Source of the DNA: an uncultured delta proteobacterium
Lineage (GTDB): Bacteria > Desulfobacterota > Desulfuromonadia > Geobacterales > Pseudopelobacteraceae
Assembly: GCA_963772835.1 (NCBI GenBank)
Contig: CAVYYZ010000003.1
Coordinates: 128,001 to 192,000, forward strand
DNA: 64,000 nucleotides
Reading direction: 5' to 3'
Shown: one piece after another, positions 19,839-28,999 of the stretch
How the letters are laid out: every line of letters begins with the position of its first letter
Numbering within the stretch: the stretch's first letter is position 1
Notes under the pieces: generated by a model
Seen by the model: only the letters and a program-made list of their open reading frames with translations
The model's database searches: none
What the model was told of the DNA's origin: nothing
Position numbers and translations under genes: made by a program

Positions 19839-21179
19839 TTACCGCAGACATTGAAACACTCCCATACACCAGAGGCATGAGCCGCAAGGAACATTTCTGA
19901 TATGGCAGTCCTGCTGAAACTTATCGGTCTGCACATAGTCGCACGGAGCAAGACCGCAACTTGCACAGGACGGGTAATCGTAGGCAAGCACATCCGTACG
20001 GAATGCAGTGAATTCCGGGTTACCCCAAATGCTCAGCAAGTCCTGTTCCGCCAGATTACCGAAAATTTTCGGTTTTACCGTCTGATTCCATCCGCTCGCA
20101 TAGCACTCGTAACGATGCCAGAGAAAGTAACAGGGAGAAATATCGCCGTTCCACGATACGAAGGCACTTCCCTCCTCGACAAAGCTGCACTTCCGCTGCT
20201 CCTTGAGAGCCAACTCCGGTAAGCGCAACTCCAGACCTGTCCTGAGGGCCACAGCTTCTGCCGCAGCAAAAATGGCGGCTATCTCATCCAGTCTCTGATG
20301 TTCCAGCTGGAGGAGCTTTTTTATGTCGAGCATTATTCCCTGCTGCTCAGCCTCGGCCTTCATCGCTTCAACCCGATCCACGATGGCCTGTTCATCGGCG
20401 GTGCGAGTGTATTTCCACCGTACTTCATAGTATCGCTTCATATCGATTCCAGAACCAGTTGCTTTGTGGCGCCAGGTGTTATAGAGCGCCAACGCCTGAT
20501 CAGTAATGTTGCAGAACACCGCTTCATGGGCGTGCCGTTCGTCGTAGGGGAGTACATGGGTGACAATGGCAAAGCGAGCCCCGCGGCTGGCCGCCCACTC
20601 AAGGGTCGCCGGAAGCTCACTGATATTGCTGTTCATCGCCACAAATTCAATTCCTATCTTCACTTCAGGCCGATTGCAGGCGATCCTGGCGTTATTTAAT
20701 GCTGATAAAGCCATCTCTACGGCATCCACATTCCCACCCTCGCGGATTTTTTTGAATTGCTCAGGGGCAATGGCGTCAACAGAGATGCATATCGTGTCGA
20801 GTCCGGCATCAAACAGTGACTCCGCGCGAAGCGGCGTCATCAGAACCCCGTTCGACTGGAATCCGATCCACCCCGAGTGCGGCATCAGCTTTTTCGCCCT
20901 GCGTATATATGACTCAAGATAAGGATTCAGAAGCGGTTCGCCGATGCCGTTGAGAATGAGCACATCAACGTGCGGCAACGCAGCTTCAAGACGAGCGAAC
21001 AGCTCAGGTGAAAAATCCCCTTCGAAGACTTCGCTCCCCTGGTTTTGTTTGACGCACATAAAGCAGTTGAGGTTGCAGCGGGTTGTTGTCTCGACAAATA
21101 ACTTGGTAGGGAAGTCACGCAAAGCGGGCCCGGATAGGCTTGTATCAGAATTGCACATATCGATGCCGGTTTCTTTCAC
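19839..21179 (-). CDS. Radical SAM/SPASM putative metalloenzyme maturase (resembles Geobacter TIGR04311 family)
   Basis: CNLNCFMC, NGIGEPLL, SPASM-like C..G.ISPC and Cys-rich C-terminus CASC..PC..C..PCGSCLWC..FQC. Confidence 0.88.
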   Translation of the reverse strand: MKETGIDMCNSDTSLSGPALRDFPTKLFVETTTRCNLNCFMCVKQNQGSEVFEGDFSPELFARLEAALPHVDVLILNGIGEPLLNPYLESYIRRAKKLMPHSGWIGFQSNGVLMTPLRAESLFDAGLDTICISVDAIAPEQFKKIREGGNVDAVEMALSALNNARIACNRPEVKIGIEFVAMNSNISELPATLEWAASRGARFAIVTHVLPYDERHAHEAVFCNITDQALALYNTWRHKATGSGIDMKRYYEVRWKYTRTADEQAIVDRVEAMKAEAEQQGIMLDIKKLLQLEHQRLDEIAAIFAAAEAVALRTGLELRLPELALKEQRKCSFVEEGSAFVSWNGDISPCYFLWHRYECYASGWNQTVKPKIFGNLAEQDLLSIWGNPEFTAFRTDVLAYDYPSCASCGLAPCDYVQTDKFQQDCHIRNVPCGSCLWCMGVFQCLR

Positions 21180-21564
21180 AGTATTTTCACTATTAATTGC
21201 CCGGGTTTTGTTTTCAACATCTCACTTGTTGTGGTATCTGAAATCAGAACACACAATAACGGATTAATTTCGTCCATAGTACGATGTACGCCCGCACTTT
21301 GATAGTTCTTTCTCATTATTTTTGCAATGATCATCTCGAAAAATGTCTGAATTTATTTGCCTTGATTTACGATATAATAACACGCTTTGCAGAAGAAAAA
21401 AAATGTCCTTATTGCGCAGATCCCTTTTCGGTGGTATGTAATTACTATGGCAGATAGAACATTGATTCTCGTGCGTTATCTTGGTGTATTAACTTGAAAA
21501 TACACGTCTCTGCCTGATTTTCGCTCTTCTGAAAATTGAACAAAGGTGTACGTGATATAAATCC

Positions 21565-21665
21565 ATTTTACTCCGAGCCTGCCCGCCTGCCGGAACCCTC
21601 CAACGGCAGCAGGCCATTGGGTTGCACGGGAAATTGCGCAGCCTTCCTTTGAAAAGGAGAATTTC
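21565..21665 (+). ncRNA. Moco/Tuco (molybdenum/tungsten cofactor) riboswitch-like RNA
   Basis: CTCCGAG 5' end pairing with GGAG 3' end; GCCTGC/CTGCCG..CGGCAGCAGGC hairpin; GGTTGCAC-GGGAAATT-GCGCAGCC GAAA stem; TTCC..GAAAAGGAG; directly upstream of AOR. Confidence 0.78.
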
Positions 21666-21703
21666 ACCTGTGTTCAGCACAGGAAAAGGGAAAGGAGAAC
21701 AGT

Positions 21704-23440
21704 ATGGACAAGATAGCCCGGATTGACATGGGGGCCGCAGGCGGCCCGAAAGTAACAGTAGACGGCCTCGGTGAATATTCGGGCCTCGGCGGCAGGGCGA
21801 TGACCTCTCTGATAGTCGCTGCTGAAGTTCATCCACTTGCCCACGCGCTCGGTGCGGAAAACAAACTGGTCATTTCCCCCGGTATGCTGAGCGGCACGGT
21901 CGGTTCCATGACCGGACGCCTCTCTGTCGGATGCAAAAGTCCTCTGACCGGAACCATAAAAGAGTCAAATGCCGGTGGTCAGGCTGCCCAGGTGCTGGCC
22001 AGACTCGGTTACGCAGCCGTCATCCTCGAAGGGAAACCGATAGGTGACGATCTCTACAAGATATTTATTTCCAAGGACGGCATCAAAGTCATCGTCGACA
22101 ACAGCCTCAAGCTGATGGACAACTACCCGCTGATCACAAAACTTCGTCAGGAATACGGCGATAAAGTCGCCTACATGAGCATCGGTTCTGCCGGCGAGCG
22201 TAAGATGCTGTCGGCCTCTATCGCCTGTACCGACCCTGAATTGCGTCCGACCCGGCACTGCGGTCGCGGTGGAGTCGGCGCCGTCATGGGGGCAAAACGC
22301 GTCAAGGCGATCATCATCGATGATACCGGTACAACAATGCGTCCACCGAAAGACCCGGACGCCTATCGCGATGCCAACCGTAAATTCGTTGAAGGACTGC
22401 GTAAACATCCGGTCACCGGCGAAGGTCTTCCCGCGTACGGGACCAACGTACTGACCAACGTGCTGAACGAAGCCGGCGGATATCCGACAAACAACTTCAA
22501 AACAGGCCAGTTTGCCGGGGGGGCTAAAATCAGCGGCGAAGCCCAGGCCGAATTGGAAATCAAACGGGGCGGCTCAGCCACCCACGGCTGCCACCGCGGC
22601 TGCGTCATCCAGTGTTCCGGAGTGTATAACGACAAGGACGGTAATTACGTCACCAAACAGCCCGAGTATGAAACGGTCTGGTCACACGGCGGCAACTGCG
22701 GAATCGACGATCTCGATACCATTGCCCGTCTTGACTACATGGACGACAATATCGGCGTCGATACCATCGAAATGGGTGTCACCATCGGTGTAGCCATGGA
22801 AGCCGGCGTTATTGAGTTCGGCAACCGCGCGGGTGCCATCAGGCTGCTGGAAGAAGTAGGCAAGGGGACACCCATGGGGCGTATTCTGGGGAGCGGCGCA
22901 GCCGTGACCGGCAAGGTTTTCGGCGTTGAACGGGTGCCGGTCGTCAAGGACCAGGCCCTGCCGGCCTATGATCCACGTGCTATTCAAGGAATCGGAGTCA
23001 CCTACGCGACGACGACCCAGGGAGCAGACCACACTGCCGGTTATGCAATTGCCACCAACATCCTCAAAGTCGGCGGCGATGTCGATCCACTCAAGACCGA
23101 AGGGCAGATTGAGCTATCGCGCAATCTGCAGATTGCTACCGCAGCGATCGACTCCACCGGCATGTGTCTGTTCATTGCATTTGCCATTCTGGATCAGCCT
23201 GAGACGTTCCAGGCGCTGCTGGACATGCTCGGATCCTTTCACGGCGTCACCATGACCGGAGATGATGTCGTTGCACTCGGCAAACGGGTCCTTTCCGCCG
23301 AGCGGGATTTTAATACCCGCGCCGGCTTCACCACGCATCATGACCGTCTGCCTCGCTTCTTCTACAACGAGCCGATTGCACCGCACAACCAGACGTTCCT
23401 GATGAAGGACGAAGAGCTGGACGAAGTCTTTAACTGGTAG
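21704..23440 (+). CDS. aor: Tungsten-dependent aldehyde:ferredoxin oxidoreductase
   Basis: KSPLTGTIKESNAGG, GRGGVGAVMGAK..KAI, CHRGCVIQC, PEYET, DTIEMG, YDPR, GADH, DSTGMC. Confidence 0.93.
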   Translation: MDKIARIDMGAAGGPKVTVDGLGEYSGLGGRAMTSLIVAAEVHPLAHALGAENKLVISPGMLSGTVGSMTGRLSVGCKSPLTGTIKESNAGGQAAQVLARLGYAAVILEGKPIGDDLYKIFISKDGIKVIVDNSLKLMDNYPLITKLRQEYGDKVAYMSIGSAGERKMLSASIACTDPELRPTRHCGRGGVGAVMGAKRVKAIIIDDTGTTMRPPKDPDAYRDANRKFVEGLRKHPVTGEGLPAYGTNVLTNVLNEAGGYPTNNFKTGQFAGGAKISGEAQAELEIKRGGSATHGCHRGCVIQCSGVYNDKDGNYVTKQPEYETVWSHGGNCGIDDLDTIARLDYMDDNIGVDTIEMGVTIGVAMEAGVIEFGNRAGAIRLLEEVGKGTPMGRILGSGAAVTGKVFGVERVPVVKDQALPAYDPRAIQGIGVTYATTTQGADHTAGYAIATNILKVGGDVDPLKTEGQIELSRNLQIATAAIDSTGMCLFIAFAILDQPETFQALLDMLGSFHGVTMTGDDVVALGKRVLSAERDFNTRAGFTTHHDRLPRFFYNEPIAPHNQTFLMKDEELDEVFNW

Positions 23441-23468
23441 TACGGCGTCATGTTTTCCGCCATCTCGA

Positions 23469-23540
23469 CCCCGTCCTCAGAACTTCCTTGTCGGCGTAGC
23501 TCTACTTACTACGTCTCCATGGAGTTCTTGCGGGCGGGGG
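23469..23540. repeat. Long imperfect palindrome (REP-like) after aor
   Basis: Nested arms CCCCGTCC/GGGCGGGG, AGAACTTC/GGAGTTCT, GGCGTAG/CTACGTC. Confidence 0.6.
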
Positions 23541-23585
23541 CGTGAATCTGAATTTCTCTGCGACGTCTTACCCCTGGAGTCAACT

Positions 23586-24161
23586 GTGCAACTACCGAGT
23601 CTTGGCCCGTTACCAGATGCCCCGGAATTTCAAACAGTGGAACTGGCGCTGGCCGCAGACAATTTGAATATCTTCTTTCCGATGTTCCAGGAGGGGGTGA
23701 CGGTCCCGGTCGCAGTCGGCTGTACACTTAAAAGCCTGCTCTGTGACCAGTTCAGAATACCGGAAGATTATGTAACTGACCGGATAACAACCATTTTTAT
23801 CAATAATCGTCCAGTGGATGACCTTGGAAGTACAATTATACAGGATGGTTCGCGTGTAACCCTATCAGCCGCCATGCCGGGTCTTGTCGGTGCAACCATG
23901 AGGCGCGGCGGGTTCTATGCAGCGTTGCGCCAGGGGATCAGCTATGTAGCAGATGGCGGAGCCGCTGCAGGCAAGTCCGGCTCTGTCCGTCTCAAACTTT
24001 TCAATCTGCTGCTTGCTGAACTCGGGCCCACTCTATTGGCGCATGGCCTGATTGTCGAGCGGAATGATCTGGCCGTTCTGCTGACAAACGTACCCTCACA
24101 ACCAGAATTACCCCCTGTCGGCTCGAGTCATGTGCTCCTGCGAGTTTTTATCTACGAGTGA
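23586..24161 (+). CDS. AOR-associated hypothetical protein with an internal MoaD/ThiS-like segment
   Basis: GGAG RBS with GTG start; TIFINNRPVDD..IIQDGSRVTLSAAMPG resembles a beta-grasp C-terminus. Confidence 0.75.
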   Translation: MQLPSLGPLPDAPEFQTVELALAADNLNIFFPMFQEGVTVPVAVGCTLKSLLCDQFRIPEDYVTDRITTIFINNRPVDDLGSTIIQDGSRVTLSAAMPGLVGATMRRGGFYAALRQGISYVADGGAAAGKSGSVRLKLFNLLLAELGPTLLAHGLIVERNDLAVLLTNVPSQPELPPVGSSHVLLRVFIYE

Positions 24162-24165
24162 AACA

Positions 24166-24390
24166 ATGAAAATAACCGTAAAACTGTTTGCTTCATTCCG
24201 TACCGGTCGTTTCGACATTGAAACCGGTGATTATCCTGCCGGAACCACCGTGGCTGATGTGGCAGACACGTTGAAACTGCCGCAGTCGGAGTTGGGAATC
24301 ATGATGGTCAACAGCCGGCATGTCAAACACGACCGGCTGCTTGTTGATGGCGATACACTCGCGCTCTTTCCACTTCTTGGCGGAGGGTGA
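24166..24390 (+). CDS. MoaD/ThiS family sulfur carrier
   Basis: MKITVKLFASFR..VNSRH..LVDGDTLALFPLLGGG with C-terminal GG. Confidence 0.93.
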   Translation: MKITVKLFASFRTGRFDIETGDYPAGTTVADVADTLKLPQSELGIMMVNSRHVKHDRLLVDGDTLALFPLLGGG

Positions 24391-24391
24391 G

Positions 24392-25234
24392 ATGGACTCT
24401 CTATCGATATTCATACACGATCACGCCGTTAACCAACTGCTCCTCTGGTACAGCCAGGTCGAGGCCGCCGGTCATTTCAGTGTGACCATTGCTCAGGTTG
24501 AAGAGCTTGCTCTGGAACAGGGCATCCTGCCTGCCCGTTATCAGCGTAATAGCCAGGCCATACCGGTCGGTGACCAGTTAACGCTTTTCCGCAGTTCTGT
24601 GGCAGTGATCGGCTGCGGCGGTCTGGGGGGATATGTTGTGGAGGAATTGGCCCGTCTGGGGGTCGGTCGGATAATTGTAATCGATCCCGATGTTTTCGAG
24701 GAGCATAACCTGAACCGGCAGCTGTTCAGCACAACGGCCAATCTGGGCACAGCCAAGGTAGAAGCAGCTGCCAGGCGGATACGTGACATTAATCCCGCCG
24801 TTACTCTTGTGCCTGTTCAGGATACATTTTCTCCTGCTAATGGAGCGGGGCTTCTCGGTGGCTGTCAGATAGCCGTTGATGCACTCGACTCGATACGGGT
24901 CCGGCTTGAGTTGGCGGATGCCTGCACAGTTCTGAATATTCCCCTCGTACATGGTGCCATCGCCGGGTGGTTCGGGCATGTCGCTACCCAGTTTCCGGGA
25001 GACAACACGATTCAAACAATCTATGGCGCCTGGAAGGGGGGCAAGGGTGTTGAACAGACGCTGGGAAATCCCTCTTTTACTCCTGCGTTAGTTGCCAGCC
25101 TCGAAGTTGCCGAAGTCTGCAAACTGCTGCTCGGACAAGGAACGACTTTGCGGGGTCGTCAGTTACTAATTGATCTGTTTTCAATGGAGTTTAACGTACT
25201 ACATAATAATGAGAGTCACAGCGAATTGGTATGA
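24392..25234 (+). CDS. HesA/MoeB/ThiF family adenylyltransferase
   Basis: RYQRN, VIGCGGLGG, D.DVFEEHNLNRQ, DALD. Confidence 0.92.
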   Translation: MDSLSIFIHDHAVNQLLLWYSQVEAAGHFSVTIAQVEELALEQGILPARYQRNSQAIPVGDQLTLFRSSVAVIGCGGLGGYVVEELARLGVGRIIVIDPDVFEEHNLNRQLFSTTANLGTAKVEAAARRIRDINPAVTLVPVQDTFSPANGAGLLGGCQIAVDALDSIRVRLELADACTVLNIPLVHGAIAGWFGHVATQFPGDNTIQTIYGAWKGGKGVEQTLGNPSFTPALVASLEVAEVCKLLLGQGTTLRGRQLLIDLFSMEFNVLHNNESHSELV

Positions 25235-25250
25235 AAGCCGTTGCGGAAAA

Positions 25251-25328
25251 AAAGACGGCGTGCTGGAAATCAAGATGCCGAAGAGTGAAGCAGAAAAGCA
25301 GAAGAAGCGAAAAATTAAAGTGGAATAG
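25251..25328 (+). pseudogene. 3' remnant of an Hsp20/alpha-crystallin gene
   Basis: Translates KDGVLEIKMPKSEAEKQKKRKIKVE*, the small-HSP C-terminal GVL.I..PK and IxV motifs; no start codon for this segment. Confidence 0.72.
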
Positions 25329-25387
25329 GCATCAACATATATGGTTGAAGAATCATATTTGAGACTGGCTTTTCAAGTTTTACCAAA

Positions 25388-25427
25388 AAAATAAATGGGG
25401 TCCGCAATTTACGGATCTCATTTATTT
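25388..25427. terminator. Likely bidirectional terminator between convergent AOR module and prsR
   Basis: AAATAAATGGGGTCCG/CGGATCTCATTTATTT inverted repeat flanked by A and T runs. Confidence 0.6.
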
Positions 25428-25458
25428 TATTTACCACTGTTCATGATTCATTTTATGA

Positions 25459-26841
25459 TTATTGCTGTTCCATTGATTTTGCTAAATTATGTTTTTTTAC
25501 CAGGTCATAGAGTGTCGGCCTACTTATTCCCAGCTCCTCTGCCGCCTTTGCCATGTTATTTTTCCGGTTTTCTATGGCGGCAATAACCATGTCGCGCTCA
25601 ACCATCTCGCGGGCATCCTTCAGAGTAAGGTTTATAAAAGAGTGGACTCCATCCTTGACTGTCTTCAGTGAAAAATCGAGGGATTCCGGTTCAATGATTG
25701 AACTATCGGACATGATGACAGCCCGCTGTACTTTGTTTTCCAATTCCCGTACATTTCCGGGCCAATCGTATGATTCGAGTCTTTTTACGGATTCGATGCT
25801 GAAGCGCCGCGTCTTTTTCCCGTACTCTTTACAGTAGCGTTGCAGAAAAAAGTTTGCCAGTAGAATGACGTCATCTCCGCGTTCGCGAAGTGCAGGAAGT
25901 TTGATATGGATAACCGAGAGCCGGTAGTAAAGATCTTCACGAAAGGCACCGGCCTCAGTCTCTTTGATGATGTCTCTGTTGGTGGCAGCAATGATATGGG
26001 CATCAACAGCGATATCCTCTCTTCCTCCGACCCGTTGAATGGTTTTTTCCTGTAGAAAACGGAGCAGTTTGACTTGTAAGTTGAGCGGCAGTTCTCCTAT
26101 TTCGTCGAGGAAGAGGGTGCCTCTGTTGGCATATTCAACTTTCCCCTGAACACGCGCATTGGCGCCGCTGTATGCTCCCTTCTCATAACCGAACAGCTCT
26201 GACTCAAGCAGATTTTCAGGAATTGCTCCACAATTAATGGCTATGAAATCCTTTGTCTTTCTCGGGCTGAGTTCGTGGATCGCCTTGGCTACCAATTCTT
26301 TCCCGGTGCCGCTTTCACCGGTAATAAGTACTGCCACGTCTGATGAAGCTACCTTGCGAATTGAAGAGAAAACTTCCAGCATACGCGGCGATGTGCCAAT
26401 TATCCCCCCTGGATTGAGATCCTGGAGGTCGATTCTGTTTTGCAGCCGTGAATTTTCAATTTCAATGGCTGCCAGGTGAAAGGCTCTTTTGAGGATGACC
26501 TTCAATTCTGTCAGATCTATGGGTTTACAGTAATAATCGTACGCCCCGCTCTGGACGGCTCTCAAAGCGTTTTCCCGTTCATCATTGCCGGTAATCATTA
26601 TCACTTTTGTAGCGGGAGCACGGCGCAAAATTTCTTCAAGGCAGCGAAAACCTTCCTCGCATCCCGATTCTTCAGGAGGCAGTCCGAGGTCAAGTGTAAT
26701 CACTTTTGGAGAATGTTTTTTTATCAGCGAGAGAGCCTCAAGGCGGTCGCCGGCACCAAAAACCTCATATTCCTTAACGAGTCCCCAGCTGAGTTGTCGC
26801 CGTATTTCCTCGTTGTCTTCGACTATGACGAGCTTTTCCAT
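25459..26841 (-). CDS. prsR: PEP-CTERM-box sigma54 response regulator
   Basis: TLDLGLPP..EEGFRCL receiver, GESGTGKE, ESELFGYEKGAYSGA, Fis HTH; adjacent to prsK. Confidence 0.92.
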   Translation of the reverse strand: MEKLVIVEDNEEIRRQLSWGLVKEYEVFGAGDRLEALSLIKKHSPKVITLDLGLPPEESGCEEGFRCLEEILRRAPATKVIMITGNDERENALRAVQSGAYDYYCKPIDLTELKVILKRAFHLAAIEIENSRLQNRIDLQDLNPGGIIGTSPRMLEVFSSIRKVASSDVAVLITGESGTGKELVAKAIHELSPRKTKDFIAINCGAIPENLLESELFGYEKGAYSGANARVQGKVEYANRGTLFLDEIGELPLNLQVKLLRFLQEKTIQRVGGREDIAVDAHIIAATNRDIIKETEAGAFREDLYYRLSVIHIKLPALRERGDDVILLANFFLQRYCKEYGKKTRRFSIESVKRLESYDWPGNVRELENKVQRAVIMSDSSIIEPESLDFSLKTVKDGVHSFINLTLKDAREMVERDMVIAAIENRKNNMAKAAEELGISRPTLYDLVKKHNLAKSMEQQ

Positions 26842-26938
26842 AAATACCTTGTGGTATGTGCAGAGTTTTTAAACTAATTAATCATTGCCGCGCTTATATG
26901 CAGAAAAAAGTAAACCGTGCCCTGCTGTCAAGATGTTG

Positions 26939-28999
26939 TTATGCCGTCCCGGCGTGCATCTTCGGCAACCAGACGGTGAATTCTGAACCGTGGTCAATAC
27001 TGCTCTCGACTTCAATTCTGCCTCCGTGGGCTTCAATAATCTGCCTGCTTTGGTACAGTCCTATTCCCATACCCTGCTTTTTTGTACTGGTGAAGGGCTT
27101 AAACAGGACATGCTGAACGAATGCCGCAGGAATACCACATCCCTCATCCTTTATACGTATGAAGGGACATCCATTTTCACCCACTTCCACTCTCACCGGA
27201 CTCGATCCGTCGGTAGCCTCAACCGCATTCAACATCAGGTTAAGTGCAACTTTCTGCAGTTCTTCCCTGTCAGCTTCTGCAATAACTCTGGTACCAGTCA
27301 CCTCCAAAGTCTTTCCGGTGACCATCGCGGCCGTATCATGCGCCATTTGCAGCAGATCTACTGAGGACAGGTGAAGAGAATTCTTCTCCGGCAGGTGTTT
27401 TAAACGTGAAATTATTGATTTCATCTTGATAACAATATTTCCGAGAGACATAAGCAGGTCGTTCTGAAAGCGTGGTACAGTGATATGTTCCTGCGCATTT
27501 TCAAGTAGCATTGACACGGCCGAAACAAGATTCTTCAGATCGTGCATAACAAATGTAGAAACTTTCCCGATTGCCGCTAATTCGCGTTCACAAGCCAACT
27601 GGTCAGAGAGCCGTAAATTTAGAAGTGCCGACGCAGCCTGTTTTGCAAGTGTTCTCATCAAATCAAAATCTTCATATGTATAGAGTTCTTCTGTGCTGTG
27701 AGGCCTTCCCAGTAGTAAAAATCCATCCACTGCCTCGTTTATGAAAAGCGGAATAATAAAACAGGCATCTTCCCGGCTGAAAAACGCTCGATGTTCTTCG
27801 TTAGCAGCAGCACCGGCATTATTACGTAAATCAACAATCCATTTACTGCTGGCCAATTGTTCAATAGCGCTGTCATTGATACGGAAGGTGACTTCATCGC
27901 TGTCCATTGAAGTGCCTGCCGCCCGTTGATACACATCACGCTCCTGGTTAATGACGAACAGAGTTCCCGAACTCATACCGAAAGTTTCACAGAATTCTGA
28001 GACTATTGAATGCAGCAGGCTTTCTCCGGTCTGTGATGTAGAAAGTCGTTCTGTGAACTGAAGCCACTGGGTACGGTAGTCGTATTTGCTCTGATAGAAG
28101 TTTTTATGAATGAAAATTGTGACCCTGCGTTTGATCGTTTCTGAAAGGAGAACTACAAAAAGTCCGAGACCGGAAAAAAAGACAAAAGAGAAGATCATTG
28201 CGCGCTGAAATCCATCTCCGAAGTACTTCAATCCTTCACCAACCAGCCCAAGGCCGATTACGTACAAACCGACAGCAAGCAACACCATTGACTTGCATGC
28301 AATCTGCTGAGAGATGTGAACAGTAACGCCGCTGCCGCGTTTTAGACGTGAGTAGAACATCATGGCAATCGCGACTGTCAGTACAATGGAGCGCATTGAA
28401 ACCAGTTGCATGTTGATTGTACGAAAGAGCAGCCCCTGGCTGAAGTATATGATCATTATGGCAAGAAAAGATCCTGCTCCAAGCAGCTCGAACTTGATCT
28501 TCCAGCGTGATGATCTGGTTGTATGTACGAGAGTCCGTTCCAGTTGAATCAGGGCGGCGACAAGGTAGACGAGCATCAGAAGATAGAAATAAAAGCCGTA
28601 ATTATGGAGGAAGAGAACTTTTTCTGTATCAAAATCGGGTGAGTAAACAAATGACTGAGGGGGCAATATAAGAGCAGATATGATTAATAGCGGTGATACC
28701 GCCAGCAGGAGTCGGAGAGGGATTGAGATTGCACTCAGACCGTTCTGTCGCGCGTAGGTCACGGAAAACCAGAGCCAGGCAGGGAGCAGGACTGCTTCTG
28801 TAACAAGAGAATATTTCATCCAGAAATAAATCTGTTCCGGATTACATAACGCTATCAGATCGAACAGCTCCAGAAATGCAGACAGCGCAACAGCAATAGA
28901 GAGTGAAACCGGCGGGGTTGCGGAATTTTTTCGAAGCGCAAAAAAGAGCGGAAACATGGCCGCAACGATTATTGCGGTTATGGAAAGTACAATTGTCAT
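26939..28999 (-). CDS. prsK: PEP-CTERM system histidine kinase
   Basis: Multi-TM N-terminus, KNFY..KYDYR.QWL.FT, GAF, FVMHDLKN H-box, GMGIGLYQ. Confidence 0.92.
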   Translation of the reverse strand: MTIVLSITAIIVAAMFPLFFALRKNSATPPVSLSIAVALSAFLELFDLIALCNPEQIYFWMKYSLVTEAVLLPAWLWFSVTYARQNGLSAISIPLRLLLAVSPLLIISALILPPQSFVYSPDFDTEKVLFLHNYGFYFYLLMLVYLVAALIQLERTLVHTTRSSRWKIKFELLGAGSFLAIMIIYFSQGLLFRTINMQLVSMRSIVLTVAIAMMFYSRLKRGSGVTVHISQQIACKSMVLLAVGLYVIGLGLVGEGLKYFGDGFQRAMIFSFVFFSGLGLFVVLLSETIKRRVTIFIHKNFYQSKYDYRTQWLQFTERLSTSQTGESLLHSIVSEFCETFGMSSGTLFVINQERDVYQRAAGTSMDSDEVTFRINDSAIEQLASSKWIVDLRNNAGAAANEEHRAFFSREDACFIIPLFINEAVDGFLLLGRPHSTEELYTYEDFDLMRTLAKQAASALLNLRLSDQLACERELAAIGKVSTFVMHDLKNLVSAVSMLLENAQEHITVPRFQNDLLMSLGNIVIKMKSIISRLKHLPEKNSLHLSSVDLLQMAHDTAAMVTGKTLEVTGTRVIAEADREELQKVALNLMLNAVEATDGSSPVRVEVGENGCPFIRIKDEGCGIPAAFVQHVLFKPFTSTKKQGMGIGLYQSRQIIEAHGGRIEVESSIDHGSEFTVWLPKMHAGTA

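Noticed and set aside
21622..21638. Sigma54-like TTGCAC..TTGC upstream of aor
   Set aside because: Lacks the -24 GG, has wrong spacing, and is better explained as the riboswitch P4 stem
21489..21836. Minus-strand ORFs upstream of aor
   Set aside because: Antisense to the riboswitch and aor start; no protein features
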